Part shown: in pieces, positions 53,419-64,000 of the stretch
Numbering within the stretch: position 1 is the first letter of the stretch
How the letters are laid out: each line of letters begins with the position of its first letter
Assembly: GCF_006345805.1 (NCBI RefSeq)
Contig: NC_042998.1
Location: forward strand, 184,450,001 to 184,514,000
Length of the DNA stretch: 64,000 bases
Source: Octopus sinensis
Taxonomy: Eukaryota
Direction: 5' to 3'
Program-made: the position numbers and the translations under genes
The notes under the pieces: generated by a model
What the model was told of the DNA's origin: nothing
The model's input: the letters and a program-made list of their open reading frames with translations, nothing else
Databases searched by the model: none

Positions 53419-56400
53419 TATTATTATTATTATTATTTCGTCGAAGGAGCGCGTGCAACAGCTCCGTATTGAAATTCGATTTATGACGTTTAATTTGCTG
53501 GAAAAGAAGGAATGTTCTTTTGTCTTATTTTGTCTACGAAAGACTTTAGAATGTTTGAGTGTCATCCTTATTACCCTGAGTTGGAATAATAAAGTGCATT
53601 CTTGGACATTATATATTTGAATAAGCATTCTTTTAAAAGTGATTCAAAATATGCATCTCGGTGGAGTGTGGAGGAAGGGTACAAGTTACAAACATGGCAG
53701 CAACAAATCACCACTTTTGAAACAAAGAAAAGAAAAAACGTATTTAAATGATCAGAAAAAGAAATCAACGTTCGAAAGACATGTTTATAAACACAAACAT
53801 TCAAAATTTAACATGAACAAGTAGCGAAAAAGCAACCACAGTAGCAAATCATTGTTTACAAGCGTCGCCAAAATTTGGAAAGGACAGCCTCAGGAAGAGA
53901 ATACGAGCCCGACAGATTCACCAAGAAAAGACCAAAAAGTAAAATGTCACACTTCTGCTTCTCGAAAAAGAAGTGTTCTCTCGAAGAAACAGTTAAAGTC
54001 CTGGTTGATACGTGGTCCGATGTATACTCCATCAACCGGAGCAGGATGCATGGAAGTGTATGCGTAGTGTTTAAGAATGCAGCCAAGGCAAAGAAACAAG
54101 CAGCGCTGGTGCGCTGTTGAGCCCAGAGGTTGACGCCACAATATATGGAAAGACGAAACACAAGCTTCACGGTCAGATACATTTGTGTTGATGTTAAGAT
54201 ATTTGTATTCAACTTTTATTTACTAAATTCTCTAAATAAATACAATATAAATCAATCCGAAGGAATTATCAATTCAAAACACCAAGTAATGATATTTTTT
54301 TGTATTATTATAAAATTGTTATAGAAGATCTTTAAAAAAAAATCTAACATCATTACAAATAATATATATAGAAATAATTCTAAATATATAATAAAGCACA
54401 AACCTTATAAATAGCTATAAAAAACTATAGACTGCAACACTATACACAATATATTCACTTCGTACTGTATATAATCAATTGAAACGTAATTTCAAAGCCA
54501 CGACAACCTCTCTTTATCACCTGATATTTAAAAATCCCTTCATATATTTAATCACAATAAAAAAAAAACTATTTATTTTTGACCCCATTTCCTTGTTAGT
54601 ATTGCTACCAGCATCAACGATGTGACGAGTCTGACTCCTATGCTAGCTTTCAGTGACTCTAAGGGTAGCAGTTTCGCCAACGCAGCTAGTGAAACTTAAT
54701 GTATCATTTGCAAATCTCAGCATGCTGTTCTGGCCTATGTATGCGTCTCAGAACAAGGAAGCCTTCAGGCAACAATCTAAAGCATGCACCGTGGCATCGG
54801 ACATATTCACGTTACCTGTTGAGGATGTGGAGCGAAAGCAAAGGCAATGTATAATCTACAGGCGCAGAAATAGTAAAATTAGATACGTGGACACCTCAAT
54901 ACCTATACAAGTCGAGGAGTGCCCAAAATAAGTATGGCGTACCGTATGGTACAGACAAAAAGTTCGGGCATTTCTGATCTTGGGCACCAAAGAGGAGGAA
55001 GCTCGATGGTCACCAATGATAATGTGCGTCTCTGGTGAATACATCCAACAGACATCCTATAAGAAATGACGCTTTTTTTGCATGGGGTGATCCTAGAAGA
55101 AAAAAAGACTGTCGGAGATAAATTGATCACCTACCATGACTGTTATAGGTCTTGGAGTTGCAAATGCTGTCCACCCCTATAAGTAAGTATATTTACGGGA
55201 CCAGTGGACAAGTATACGGAAGAAAGTAATGGATGTCAGTGTCTACCACAATGATCTGTCGCAGCTTAGGAAAAAAGCCGATAATAGCAGTTCGATACAA
55301 TTGGCTTTAAGTGGTTGTGTGAGGGCAAAACCACATGTCTTGAATGGTATACTCAATAAGTTTTACGTATACATGCGACTCTTGTTTACCTACGTCTTGG
55401 TAGATGTTTATAGTAACTGGTAGCAGAAGGGAGGCACCCTCAGTTCCATGAGTCAGTGAGTAATAGCGCTGCTAGGGAGGGACGCAAAAAAGGAGGCATT
55501 ACCGACAACTTCTAGTCTACGTCTCTGCTGAATACAGAAGTATAAAATTGTTGCCAAGTTTCTAGGAAATAGTTTGACGTGACCTTCGGTCGAGTAATTG
55601 GGAGAGTGCCAAGCTGCGCGTTCCCCATACATTACACCGTACAGATGGAGATAACAGCTATGTATTAAATGGGGGGCATGATCAATTTGGATCAAACGGA
55701 AGCTTTTAAAAGGTCCGAACATCGTTATTTGTCGGACTCCCTCAGAACAGCCAATTTCAAACCCGTTTTCAGAGACAGGCTCGTTCAATATATAGCGAAT
55801 TCTGTTTGTTGGTCAAATTAAATAGATAACTGTAGGAATCATTTCAGTCACATGTTTGGCATGTGAAACGAATCCTCTATTATTCCTTTGATATGCACTG
55901 GCTGTAGATACTCTGCTGTAGAAACTCAAAGTGTTGAGGAGGGGTATGCTGTTTGAGCTGATATGTGAAAGATCCTTGTCAGCATAAGCAGAATGACGCC
56001 TCGCAATGGTTTTAGTATGCACGCAGAGCGACGAATCTGTTGTGCATAAGTTCATACAGTTTTTGAGCATTTCTGATTTGTGAAGTTTTGACGAACACCT
56101 ATTGCCGTGTGTAAAGCAAATCCGTTTATTGGCAAGTCTCGACCGCGAAGAGCGACCAATCACCTTCTGTTATTCGGGAAGAGCAGAGAATTTCCCTTTG
56201 TCTGTTTATGGCAAAACGGTTGTGTTGAACGAGCTGAAAAAACTGAGGACAGATGCTTTCCTATTTGTCCAAGCCCTCCTCGAACCCTTTAAGTTCAACT
56301 TATTTGAGATGATAGTATAAAGGAAGGTTTGGCCCTACCGGAAAATTTGCTGAAGCGTAGATAAGAGTAGTGGGCATGACCTGAGTGAATGAGCCTACAT

Positions 56401-56707
56401 TTAGCATGCACCTGTGGGTCGCAGAATACTTCATTTGTTGGTTTAAAGACATCAGCAATTAGTTCTTTTAGCAGCTGAGAATGTTGTTAGGTGCTCAAAG
56501 CTCTCTGCAAATCGGGTAATTTCACAGTCGAACATCCACATTAGCTTTTTAAGAAAATTAAAAGAAAGTGGCGGACAATTTTCACGATGTACTCGGCCGA
56601 TAGCCGACAACATCTAAACCACTCACATATCTATAACAAGAGATGAAAAATATATGTTATTACAAACATTGATATATATATATATATCAACGTTTGTAAT
56701 AATAATA

Positions 56708-56751
<44 letters not shown>

Positions 56752-57069
56752 TATATATATATAAGAGAAAAAAGTAGGTTAATTTGGCATTTTGAAGACC
56801 TTTTATAAAAAAAGAAAACAACTGTAAAATCATTGACGGAGTTTAACTTACTTTTCGGACTTAGTGGCATAACTCCATATTCCTTTTCAAAGTCCATACG
56901 GCAGAATAACTGACCGTCTCGAATTACAAACTGATCTCCTTTCTGTAGTTGGTGACCGCACGCTACGCATGCAAAACACCGTAGATGGTAAACGTTGCCT
57001 ATGGCTCTCATCACTAATTCGTTGGCTGGAATTGGTTGCATACAACTGCTGCACTTCGTCCCGAAAATC
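29269..57069 (-). CDS. lmx1: LIM homeobox transcription factor Lmx1 (Lmx1a/b-like), 5'-partial spliced CDS: join(complement 56852..57069, 49451..49587, 46619..46696, 45350..45452, 40994..41035, 36534..36617, 29269..29468)
   Basis: The exons join in frame (phases 1,0,0,1,1,1) with canonical GT-AG sites. The product has a LIM domain (C-x2-C...H-x2-C-x2-C-x2-C...C-x2-D), a homeodomain [60 protein letters not shown] with the Lmx-type PCRKVRE segment, and C-terminal [14 protein letters not shown]. The first LIM domain and ATG were not found in the window. Confidence 0.95.
30014..30253 (-). mobile_element. tRNA-derived SINE, family D
   Basis: Reverse strand reads GTGGAGGCACGTGGCTTAGTGGTTAGGG...GGTTTCGATTCC (A/B boxes), then a body containing CTGCGATAGGCTGGCGTCCCGTCCAG. 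Confidence 0.8.
32881..33103 (-). mobile_element. SINE family B, full length
   Basis: Head GGCGGCGAGCTGGCAGAAACGTTAGCAC..GTTCTGAGTTCAAATTCC, nearly identical to 50008-50238. Confidence 0.9.
34230..35420 (+). mobile_element. Penelope-like element fragment (GIY-YIG endonuclease), decayed
   Basis: [11 protein letters not shown], then [20 protein letters not shown] / [24 protein letters not shown]: a GIY-YIG motif with the PLE-type C-x2-C insertion. Confidence 0.8.
36534..36617 (-). CDS. lmx1: Lmx1 C-terminal-region exon (84 nt, phase 1-1)
   Basis: Acceptor ttttgtgtttcag|GA, donor CGAA|gtatgt. Encodes [27 protein letters not shown]; frame-compatible with both neighbours. Confidence 0.75.
38728..38832. 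repeat. (GAGC)n/(GA)n microsatellite
   Basis: Seen directly. Confidence 0.97.
38850..40400 (-). mobile_element. possible very old LINE endonuclease-region remnant
   Basis: Only a GNLNTSLDP segment near 39150-39200 (compare GDFNTxLD) plus strand-biased composition. Heavily degenerate. Confidence 0.25.
40994..41035 (-). CDS. lmx1: candidate 42-nt Lmx1 microexon (phase 1-1)
   Basis: Acceptor ttgtttgatattgtag|AC, donor CAC|gtgagt. Encodes (D)[13 protein letters not shown]. It is a GC-richer island in AT-rich intron and frame-compatible, but the protein also reads through without it. Confidence 0.55.
44538..44922. repeat. perfect inverted repeat (125-bp arms, 135-bp spacer) in an Lmx1 intron
   Basis: 44538-44662 is the exact reverse complement of 44798-44922 by manual comparison. 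Confidence 0.95.
44618..44842. mobile_element. hAT-type MITE-like element (CAGTGGTTCTCAAC termini)
   Basis: Termini CAGTGGTTCTCAAC / GTTGAGAACCACTG are typical of Charlie/Buster-type hAT elements. Flanked by GTTTAAAC on both sides (8 bp, palindromic). Confidence 0.7.
45350..45452 (-). CDS. lmx1: Lmx1 exon: end of homeodomain and basic/acidic region (103 nt)
   Basis: Acceptor aaattag|GTG, donor TCGG|gtatgt. Encodes [34 protein letters not shown] and continues the homeodomain in frame. Confidence 0.93.
45611..45707. repeat. (CAT)n microsatellite in an Lmx1 intron
   Basis: Seen directly. Confidence 0.98.
46619..46696 (-). CDS. lmx1: Lmx1 exon: homeodomain helices 2-3 (78 nt; absent from the ORF track)
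   Basis: Acceptor ttttgcag|GTA, donor GCAAAA|gtaaat. Encodes [26 protein letters not shown] (WFQN, Q50). Confidence 0.97.
48265..48859 (-). mobile_element. tandem trimer of SINE family B (one full copy plus two 5'-truncated 184-bp units)
   Basis: TTTCTTTACTA recurs at 48265, 48449 and 48633. Only the last unit extends to the tRNA-like head at 48859. Confidence 0.92.
49451..49587 (-). CDS. lmx1: Lmx1 exon: linker and N-terminal half of the homeodomain (137 nt)
   Basis: Acceptor ttaacag|GT, donor CGAAAA|gtaagt. Encodes (S)[45 protein letters not shown]. Confidence 0.96.
50008..50238 (-). mobile_element. SINE family B, full length
   Basis: Nearly identical to 32881-33103, with intact head and GTAATAAAGAAA tail. 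Confidence 0.9.
53298..53437. repeat. compound (TAT)n/(TGT)n microsatellite
   Basis: Seen directly. Confidence 0.97.
53830..54190 (+). mobile_element. possible ORF1 remnant of the adjacent Tx1-like element
   Basis: GC-richer island with an 81-aa ORF ([21 protein letters not shown]...) just upstream of the Tx1-like fragment on the same strand. No diagnostic motif. Confidence 0.25.
54600..56620 (+). mobile_element. Tx1/L1-clade LINE remnant (EN, RT and C-terminal CCHC-region fragments), internally deleted
   Basis: LVKLNV..MYASQ (EN-like), [31 protein letters not shown] (compare LDQxKAFDRVxHxYL) at about 55672-55783, and SDESVVH zinc-knuckle-like segment near 56030. Confidence 0.65.
56852..57069 (-). 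CDS. lmx1: Lmx1 exon encoding the second LIM domain (218 nt)
   Basis: Acceptor ttcttctccttag|G, donor AAAA|gtaagt. Encodes [72 protein letters not shown]. Confidence 0.96.
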
Positions 57070-57600
57070 CTAAGGAGAAGAAACAAGAACAAAATAAACA
57101 ATGTAGCTTATTTAAGATGACTAACAACATGATCATTATTATTACACAAAAGAACTAATTATTATTAGAATTATTAATTAACACAGTAAGCTCTCAGCAA
57201 GACAAGGCAGTGTCAAAGATATGTTGAAGCCAGTTTATTTCTTTTACGTCCCTATTATCTCCTCACATCGCCGGAAATATATGTACGTCACACGTACCAC
57301 TTCACATTCAATTATATACATGGCTAAAAAACAAAACTAAACATCAACAAAAACCAAGACCATTACAACTGTTAATTGATGAGCTATCCTTATCTTCGCT
57401 TGCTAATCTGCAATTTGGTTTCCATTTTATCACTCTAAGACAAAAGAATTTCCATAGTTGCTACTTATCAAGGGTGGTAGACATATAATGTCAGGTTTCA
57501 ACCTTCACCTTCTGTTGGTTGAATGAACTGAGGATGCCAATGGAATAAAGCGCAACACATTTTCGGTTGCAGGAAAAGTCGGTGTTCACACACACACACA

Positions 57601-57664
<64 letters not shown>

Positions 57665-57949
57665 ATACACACACACAAACACGCACACACAAACATACAC
57701 ACACACAAAAAAAACACATACACACAAAAAACACATACACACAAAAAAACCACATACACACACACAAACACATTTGAATTTATTTGAAGACAGACATTCT
57801 TTCATAGTTTTGGAAATTTTTAAAATTTGAATTTCTTATAATAATCACGAAAAAAAAAAGCAGATATATGATGTGATGCATTCTTACCACGACCACCTCA
57901 CCAATTTTTGAAACATAATATATATGATTAGATTAGCGACTCTGTTTAA

Positions 57950-58025
57950 AGGTGGCGAGCTGGCAGAATCATTAGCAATACGAATAAATTGCGTCGCGGT
58001 ATTTCGCTCTTTACGTTCTGAGTTC
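57950..58025 (+). mobile_element. SINE family B, head only
   Basis: AAGGTGGCGAGCTGGCAGAATCATTAGCA...TTACGTTCTGAGTTCAA. Confidence 0.65.
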
Positions 58026-58249
58026 AATACGCAAGACTTTTCACCAGTTTAAAATGCAACATTGTTTTTGTTATCGAGATGCCAACGACGAAACTTTGTA
58101 TCTTTGTTAAAAACTAGTAGCTTCCGCAGAAGATGAATTTAAATAATTAGAAGCAAAAGAGAATATACGCACACACACACATAAGTACTAAGGAAGATAA
58201 ACACAGGCTTGAAACCTCTATTTACTCGGAGAACAGAAACAAATACATA

Positions 58250-58654
58250 TACTCTTTTACTCTTGTACTTGTTTCAGTCATGTGACTGTGGCCATGCTGG
58301 AGCACCGCCTTTAGTCGAGCAAATGGATCCCATGACTTATTCTTTTTAAGCCTAGTACTTATTCTATCGGTCTCTTGTCGAACCGCTAAGTTACGGGGAC
58401 GTAAACACACCAGCATCGGTTTTCAAGCGATATGGGGGGGGGCAAACACAGACACACAAACACACACACACACACATATATATATATATTTACATATATA
58501 CGACGGGCTTCTTTCAATTTCCGTCTACCAAATCCACTCACAAGGCTTTGGTCGGCCCGAGGCTATAGTAGAAGACACTTGCCCAAGGTGCCACGCAGTG
58601 GGACTGAACCCGGAACCATGTGGTTGGTAAGCAAGCTACTTACTACACAGCCAC
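58250..58654 (-). mobile_element. SINE family A, full length
   Basis: High identity to 18360-18917 and 60182-60516. Internal (CA)/(TA) tract. Confidence 0.9.
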
Positions 58655-59431
58655 GGAAAAAAAATTATGTAATGTCATATCTCGGTAGCTGTTTCAAGTG
58701 GATAAACTTACGTAATAACTATATTTCTAGGTGATATCTGCATGATGCCATAGGTGTGCTACCTGCAACACATTCAGATGAAATTGTTAAAGTAAGCTAG
58801 GGTTCCCTTTTCAAGCGCAGAGGGAATCACTGCAACATGTAATAGCTTTTGTGAGGGTCCGAGAAGCGACAAAACGAAGGGTTGTCCTTGGGCGTCACAT
58901 ATTCTAGCTATGCACTGCTCTTGCTTCATATAAATAGTTCAAATAATAAATGTGGCACGCTTTCGATTCTTTGTAATACTGGCGTATGAACATCGAAGTC
59001 ATGTTATTGCTCATTTTTAAAAAGAAGGTAAGAGAATCGTAGCCTCTTATTATTTCCTATCTGTTTATAAACTTAGGTTTCAGGCCTCTTTAAGAATCCA
59101 TAAACTCAAGTAAGAAATGATGTTCCTAAAATTTATCTCGACGATTCGTCGCAGTATGAGGATTTCCAAGTGCTAGTAACTAATGGTCTTCCGCTAACCT
59201 GTTGACCTTTACAACAGACATCTCACCTTTGGCGTTCTAACGGATTGTACAGAAGGGATAAGTTATGTGGTTCACAGTTTGATTAGACGAATAACACACA
59301 CACACACGCTCGCATACGCACACACACACACCATCACGCACACACACAAGCAAACACACAAACATACATGCACATATAAATTCATCCTCTATATTTATGT
59401 ATGTGTGTGTATATATATATATATGTGTGTG

Positions 59432-59512
<81 letters not shown>

Positions 59513-60181
59513 ATACATACACACATACATGCTATGTACTTACACACGCATACATGTGTACATTCATACACACTCACACACACATACATATATATAGACA
59601 GGCATACAGACGTACATACACATATACATAAACATGTGTGCGCCTAAACAGTTATACAAGGCTGCAAAATCATATCAATGCAAAGATATGTGCACGCGGG
59701 TGTGTATGGACACACTCTTACACGTGCGCGCTTCTGTACCTGCAGATGTTTATATAAATTGATTGTCAAAGAGGGGGGGAAAGAGAGATAGAGAAATAGA
59801 GATAGAAAGTTAGATAGATAGATAGGTAGATAGGTAGAGAGAGAGGGGGAGAGAAAAGAGAAAGAGAGACAGATAAAGAGGAGAAGAAAGAGAGAAGAAT
59901 TAAATCTAGAAATGGGAGTGGAACGTACTCTGACAAGCATCCATCCACGCACACAATAAGTGTGTATGAGTATATGGGAGTGCGTGTGCGAGTGAGCATG
60001 CGTGCGTGTGCGTGTGTGTGTGTGTGTGCATGTGTGTGTGTGTGTGTGTGTGTGTATGCGCGCTCGCGTTAATTTGTGTGAGATACAGAGATAGTAGAAA
60101 TGGCTGATTCAGGACGGTGATAGGGAGAGAATGTCGCGCTTGCGCTCCACACATGCATACCGACATAAACATACATATGTA

Positions 60182-60516
60182 TTACTCTTTACTCTTTACT
60201 CTTTTACTTGTTTCAGTCATTTGACTGCGGCCATGCTGGAGCACCACCTTTTAGTACTTATTCTATCGGTCTCTTTTTGCCGAACCGCTAAGTGACGTGG
60301 ACATAAACACACCAGCATCGGTTGTCAAGCAATGCTAGGGGGACAAACACAGACACACAAACACACATATACATATATACGACAGGCTTCTTTCAGTTTC
60401 CGTCTACCAAATCCACTCACAAGGCATTGGTCGGCCCGGGGCTATAGCAGAAGACACTTGCCCAAGATGCCACGCAGTGGGACTGAACCGGGACCGTGTG
60501 GTTGGTTAGCAAGCTA
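60182..60516 (-). mobile_element. SINE family A, head cut by (TA)n
   Basis: Tail (TACTCTT)n on the plus strand, body as in other copies. Confidence 0.88.
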
Positions 60517-60627
<111 letters not shown>

Positions 60628-61398
60628 CACACACATGTAGGAAGATACGAATATATGGTGTGTATATGCATAGATTCGCGTTTGCGTAAATACATATACG
60701 CACTTAAGAAAACATATATGTTTATTTGCCTGCTTTTGTAAGGGCATGCCTGCGTGTGCATTTATGTATATGTGTATATGCTTGTATGCATAAACGGATT
60801 TTGAGATGCATACAAGCAGTAAAGATTTTTATGCGTATATGTATGAATGTATATAGGAATGAATTTTGGCGGGATAAATCTAAATATATCTTCATAGAAT
60901 CCAAGACGATTATTGGCTTTTTCTTTAAGTCAAAACAACTCTTGGGGTTTGTGGTTATCTGAATTTGTTCGTGTGTACATATAGGGGAGTGTGTGCGTGT
61001 GAATAAACTCGTACTTGTGTAGAGGGTGTACAAGTCCTTTTAGTACATTCTATGTATGTACATTAGATTGTTTGTACGTGTTTATGTAAATGTAAATATC
61101 TGTATTGAAATTTATACGTGTATGTCTCAATGTATAACACCATGGTTAAACTTCCATAAATTCACAACTTCACTTATAATACCATATAATATGTTGCATA
61201 TAGACTGGGTATATTTATGCATATATGTAAGTATGCATGTATTATGTAAGTATTTATACATGCATCTATCTATATAAGAAGAGAGAGAGAGAGAGAGAGA
61301 GTAAGTAGGAGAGAATGTGAGAAGGAGAAAGAGAGAGAAAGAAAACTAAAACGACAGATACATAAGAAGAAATGAAGGAGATTGTAAGAGAAGTATAT

Positions 61399-61432
<34 letters not shown>

Positions 61433-61609
61433 ATATATATATATAAAATGCACACACACACACACATACATGTAGGTATACATATATGTACATATACATT
61501 CACATATACAATCAGACACTCACGTACACGTATAAAAGGTTTGAATATCATTCGGATTGCATTGTCACTCTTCAAAATTTATTAAATCTCTCAAGAGTTT
61601 ATATATGCC

Positions 61610-61695
<86 letters not shown>

Positions 61696-61777
61696 CCTAC
61701 CTACCTACCTATCTATCTACCTACCCACCTACCTACCCACCAACCTACCTACCTACTTATCTATCTATCTATCTATG

Positions 61778-61839
<62 letters not shown>

Positions 61840-61870
61840 CCTACCTACATGTCTATCTATCTACCTACCT
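61610..61870. repeat. compound (ATCT)n/(ACCT)n microsatellite
   Basis: Seen directly. Confidence 0.97.
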
Positions 61871-62528
61871 TTCTATATATGTATGCATACATACAAACAC
61901 ATATACATTGTCAGTAAAAAAAGAGCAAAGCAAAAGGTACTTAGAAAGATGTGCACTAGAAATGTAAATAGACAGAAAAAGAGAAAAAAGAGGGAGAAAA
62001 AGTGAGAAGCGTATATGGGGAAACTAGAAACAGAAGTTTTAAGTCAGAAGGTCAGAAAGAGAGCATGAGATTTTAGAAAAAGAGAGAGGGAGATAGAGAA
62101 TAGGGAGAGAGGGAGAGAGAGATATAGATAAGTAGATAATGAGAGAAAGGGAAAAAGATTAAGCGAGATGACGAAAGGAAGCAGGTGAGATAAATAGGAG
62201 TTTGAAGCTGATTGGTGAAGGGTTCACACAGGTGAATAAGAAAGGTTATCATGCTTAGGCTTTCTATGTCAACACATTGATATTTCCCATTCTTCTCTCT
62301 TCACTTCGTTGAAACCTCCACATGCTTCTTTGATTTCTTCGCTGAAGATAAAAGACTCCCCAATCTGCCTCATTCCACCACTCACTGCTCCTCTTCCTTC
62401 CTTCCTTTTATCTTATATGTATACATATACATATACATATATATACGTGCTTGTGTATGTGTGTGTGTGTATACACGCGCACACATTCACACACACACAT
62501 ATATGTACACACATATATATTATATAGC

Positions 62529-62567
<39 letters not shown>

Positions 62568-62599
62568 TTATATATATATATATCGATATATATATATAT

Positions 62600-62642
<43 letters not shown>

Positions 62643-62831
62643 TATATATATATATACACGCAAACACCATACCAGATATATAAAACACTTGGTAGCGTTC
62701 AAACGATTTGAACTTACACTCCAAAACCTTTACCGAGGACCAAGTCCGCGAAGTAAAGAGTGGCTGAGAATCCCTGACCTCATTTGTTGACTGTATATGT
62801 AAATATAAATTTATATTTACACACACAAACA

Positions 62832-62913
<82 letters not shown>

Positions 62914-62934
62914 CAACACACACATATAAACAAA

Positions 62935-63185
62935 TCGTTTATTTTCACTGAACTACGGTCATGCTGGGCACCGTCCTTGAAGGGTTTATTCAAATAAATC
63001 AACCCTAGTGCTTATTTTTATAAGCAGATATCATTCTTTTGCTTTCACTTTTAAGTTATGAGGACGTAAAAGAACAAACACCGGTTGTCAAGCAGTTTGT
63101 GTGAGGGGAAAAACAAGGACACAAAGACACAAACACACCCACAAGCTTATATATGTGGCAGGCCTCCACACGGTTTCCATCTTGT
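62935..63185 (-). mobile_element. SINE family A, degenerate partial
   Basis: GGTCATGCTGGGCACCG..., GAGGACGTAAAAGAACAAACACCGGTTGTCAAGC. Confidence 0.6.
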
Positions 63186-63385
63186 CTCCCTCTATCTACT
63201 AGTTGTATTTGTCTGTCTAAATGTCTTCGACATTTTGCCCTTCTGTTGGGGGTATTAGAGGCTCAGATCCTTGCAGGTGTTAAAATGGACGTGCCCCGTC
63301 CCCGCGTCTCCAAGGAAAAAAATACGCACAATGAAAACAATATAATAGCTTGAGAGCGTTGGATCAATTAATATCAGTTAACTGT

Positions 63386-63570
63386 ACCACCACCACCACC
63401 ACCACCACCACCAGACCCACCACCACCACCACCACCACCACCACCAAACCACCACCACCACCACCACCACCACCACCACACCAACCACCACCACCACACC
63501 ACCACCACCACCACCACCACCACCACCACCACCACCACCACCACCAACCACCACCATCCCCACCACAGCT
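63386..63570. repeat. (ACC)n microsatellite
   Basis: Seen directly; produces spurious poly-T/P/H and poly-G/V/W ORFs. Confidence 0.97.
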
Positions 63571-63812
63571 ACCACCTGCACAGCTACAGCCACGGCTACT
63601 GCCACGGCCACCACTAATGGCAACAATACTATCAGCAACGACGACGTCGTCGACAGATAGGATCCATAATAAGAGAAGTGATTTTGATGGGTCAATAGAG
63701 ACTCGGTGACCAGTCGCTTGAAAGGAACTTCAAGGACAATGAACAGTGCGAGAGTTTGGTGTGGTAGATGCGGAGTTCAGAATGTGCTTTAATGACATGT
63801 AAGGAGAATATT

Positions 63813-64000
63813 CTTTTCTACTCTAGGTAGAAGGCCCGAAATGTTGGGGGAGAGGGCCAGTAGATTAGATCGACCCCATTACGCAACTGGTACTTAATTT
63901 ATTGACCCCGAAAGGATGAAAGGCAAAGACGACCTCGGCGGAATTTGAACTCAGACGAAATACTACTAAGCATTTCGCCCGGCGTGCTTACGTTTCTTAT
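63813..64000 (-). mobile_element. SINE family B-related copy, running to the window edge
   Basis: GATCGACCCC..ACGCAACTGGTACTTAATTTATTGACCCCGAAAGGATGAAAGGCAAAG..CTCGGCGGAATTTGAACTCAGA. Confidence 0.8.

Noticed and set aside
58690-59240. Higher-GC segment possibly related to Tx1-like elements
   Set aside because: Too degenerate to assign by eye.
63350-63709. Poly-Thr/Pro/His ORF and its antisense poly-Gly/Val/Trp ORF
   Set aside because: An (ACC)n microsatellite; no splice or domain evidence linking it to Lmx1.

Overview
AT-rich, microsatellite- and SINE-dense eukaryotic DNA. The repeat landscape suggests an Octopus/coleoid cephalopod genome (inference, not verified). The one host gene I can support is a LIM-homeobox gene of the Lmx1 subfamily on the minus strand. 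Seven coding exons (57069 down to 29269) were assembled by hand with GT-AG sites and consistent phases. They give 862 nt (about 286 aa) covering LIM2, a Q50 homeodomain and the Lmx C-terminal motif [14 protein letters not shown]. The start codon and LIM1 exon were not found and probably lie beyond 64000. The rest is decayed mobile DNA: two RTE-clade LINEs, a Dong/R4-like fragment, a Tx1/L1-like element, two Penelope-like GIY-YIG fragments, two Tc1/mariner fragments, a non-autonomous Helitron carrying a piggyBac transposase fragment, a hAT-type MITE and four tRNA-derived SINE families. Most ORFs in the supplied track are microsatellite artefacts. Worth a second look: three near-perfect long foldback palindromes plus a smaller one inside a SINE; a small repeat family with a hammerhead-ribozyme-like fold and a variant core; a ~397-bp tandem unit with a 98-aa ORF; three tandem C2H2 fingers at the end of an RTE element; and two frame-preserving small exons in Lmx1. 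Repeat boundaries are approximate unless stated as exact.
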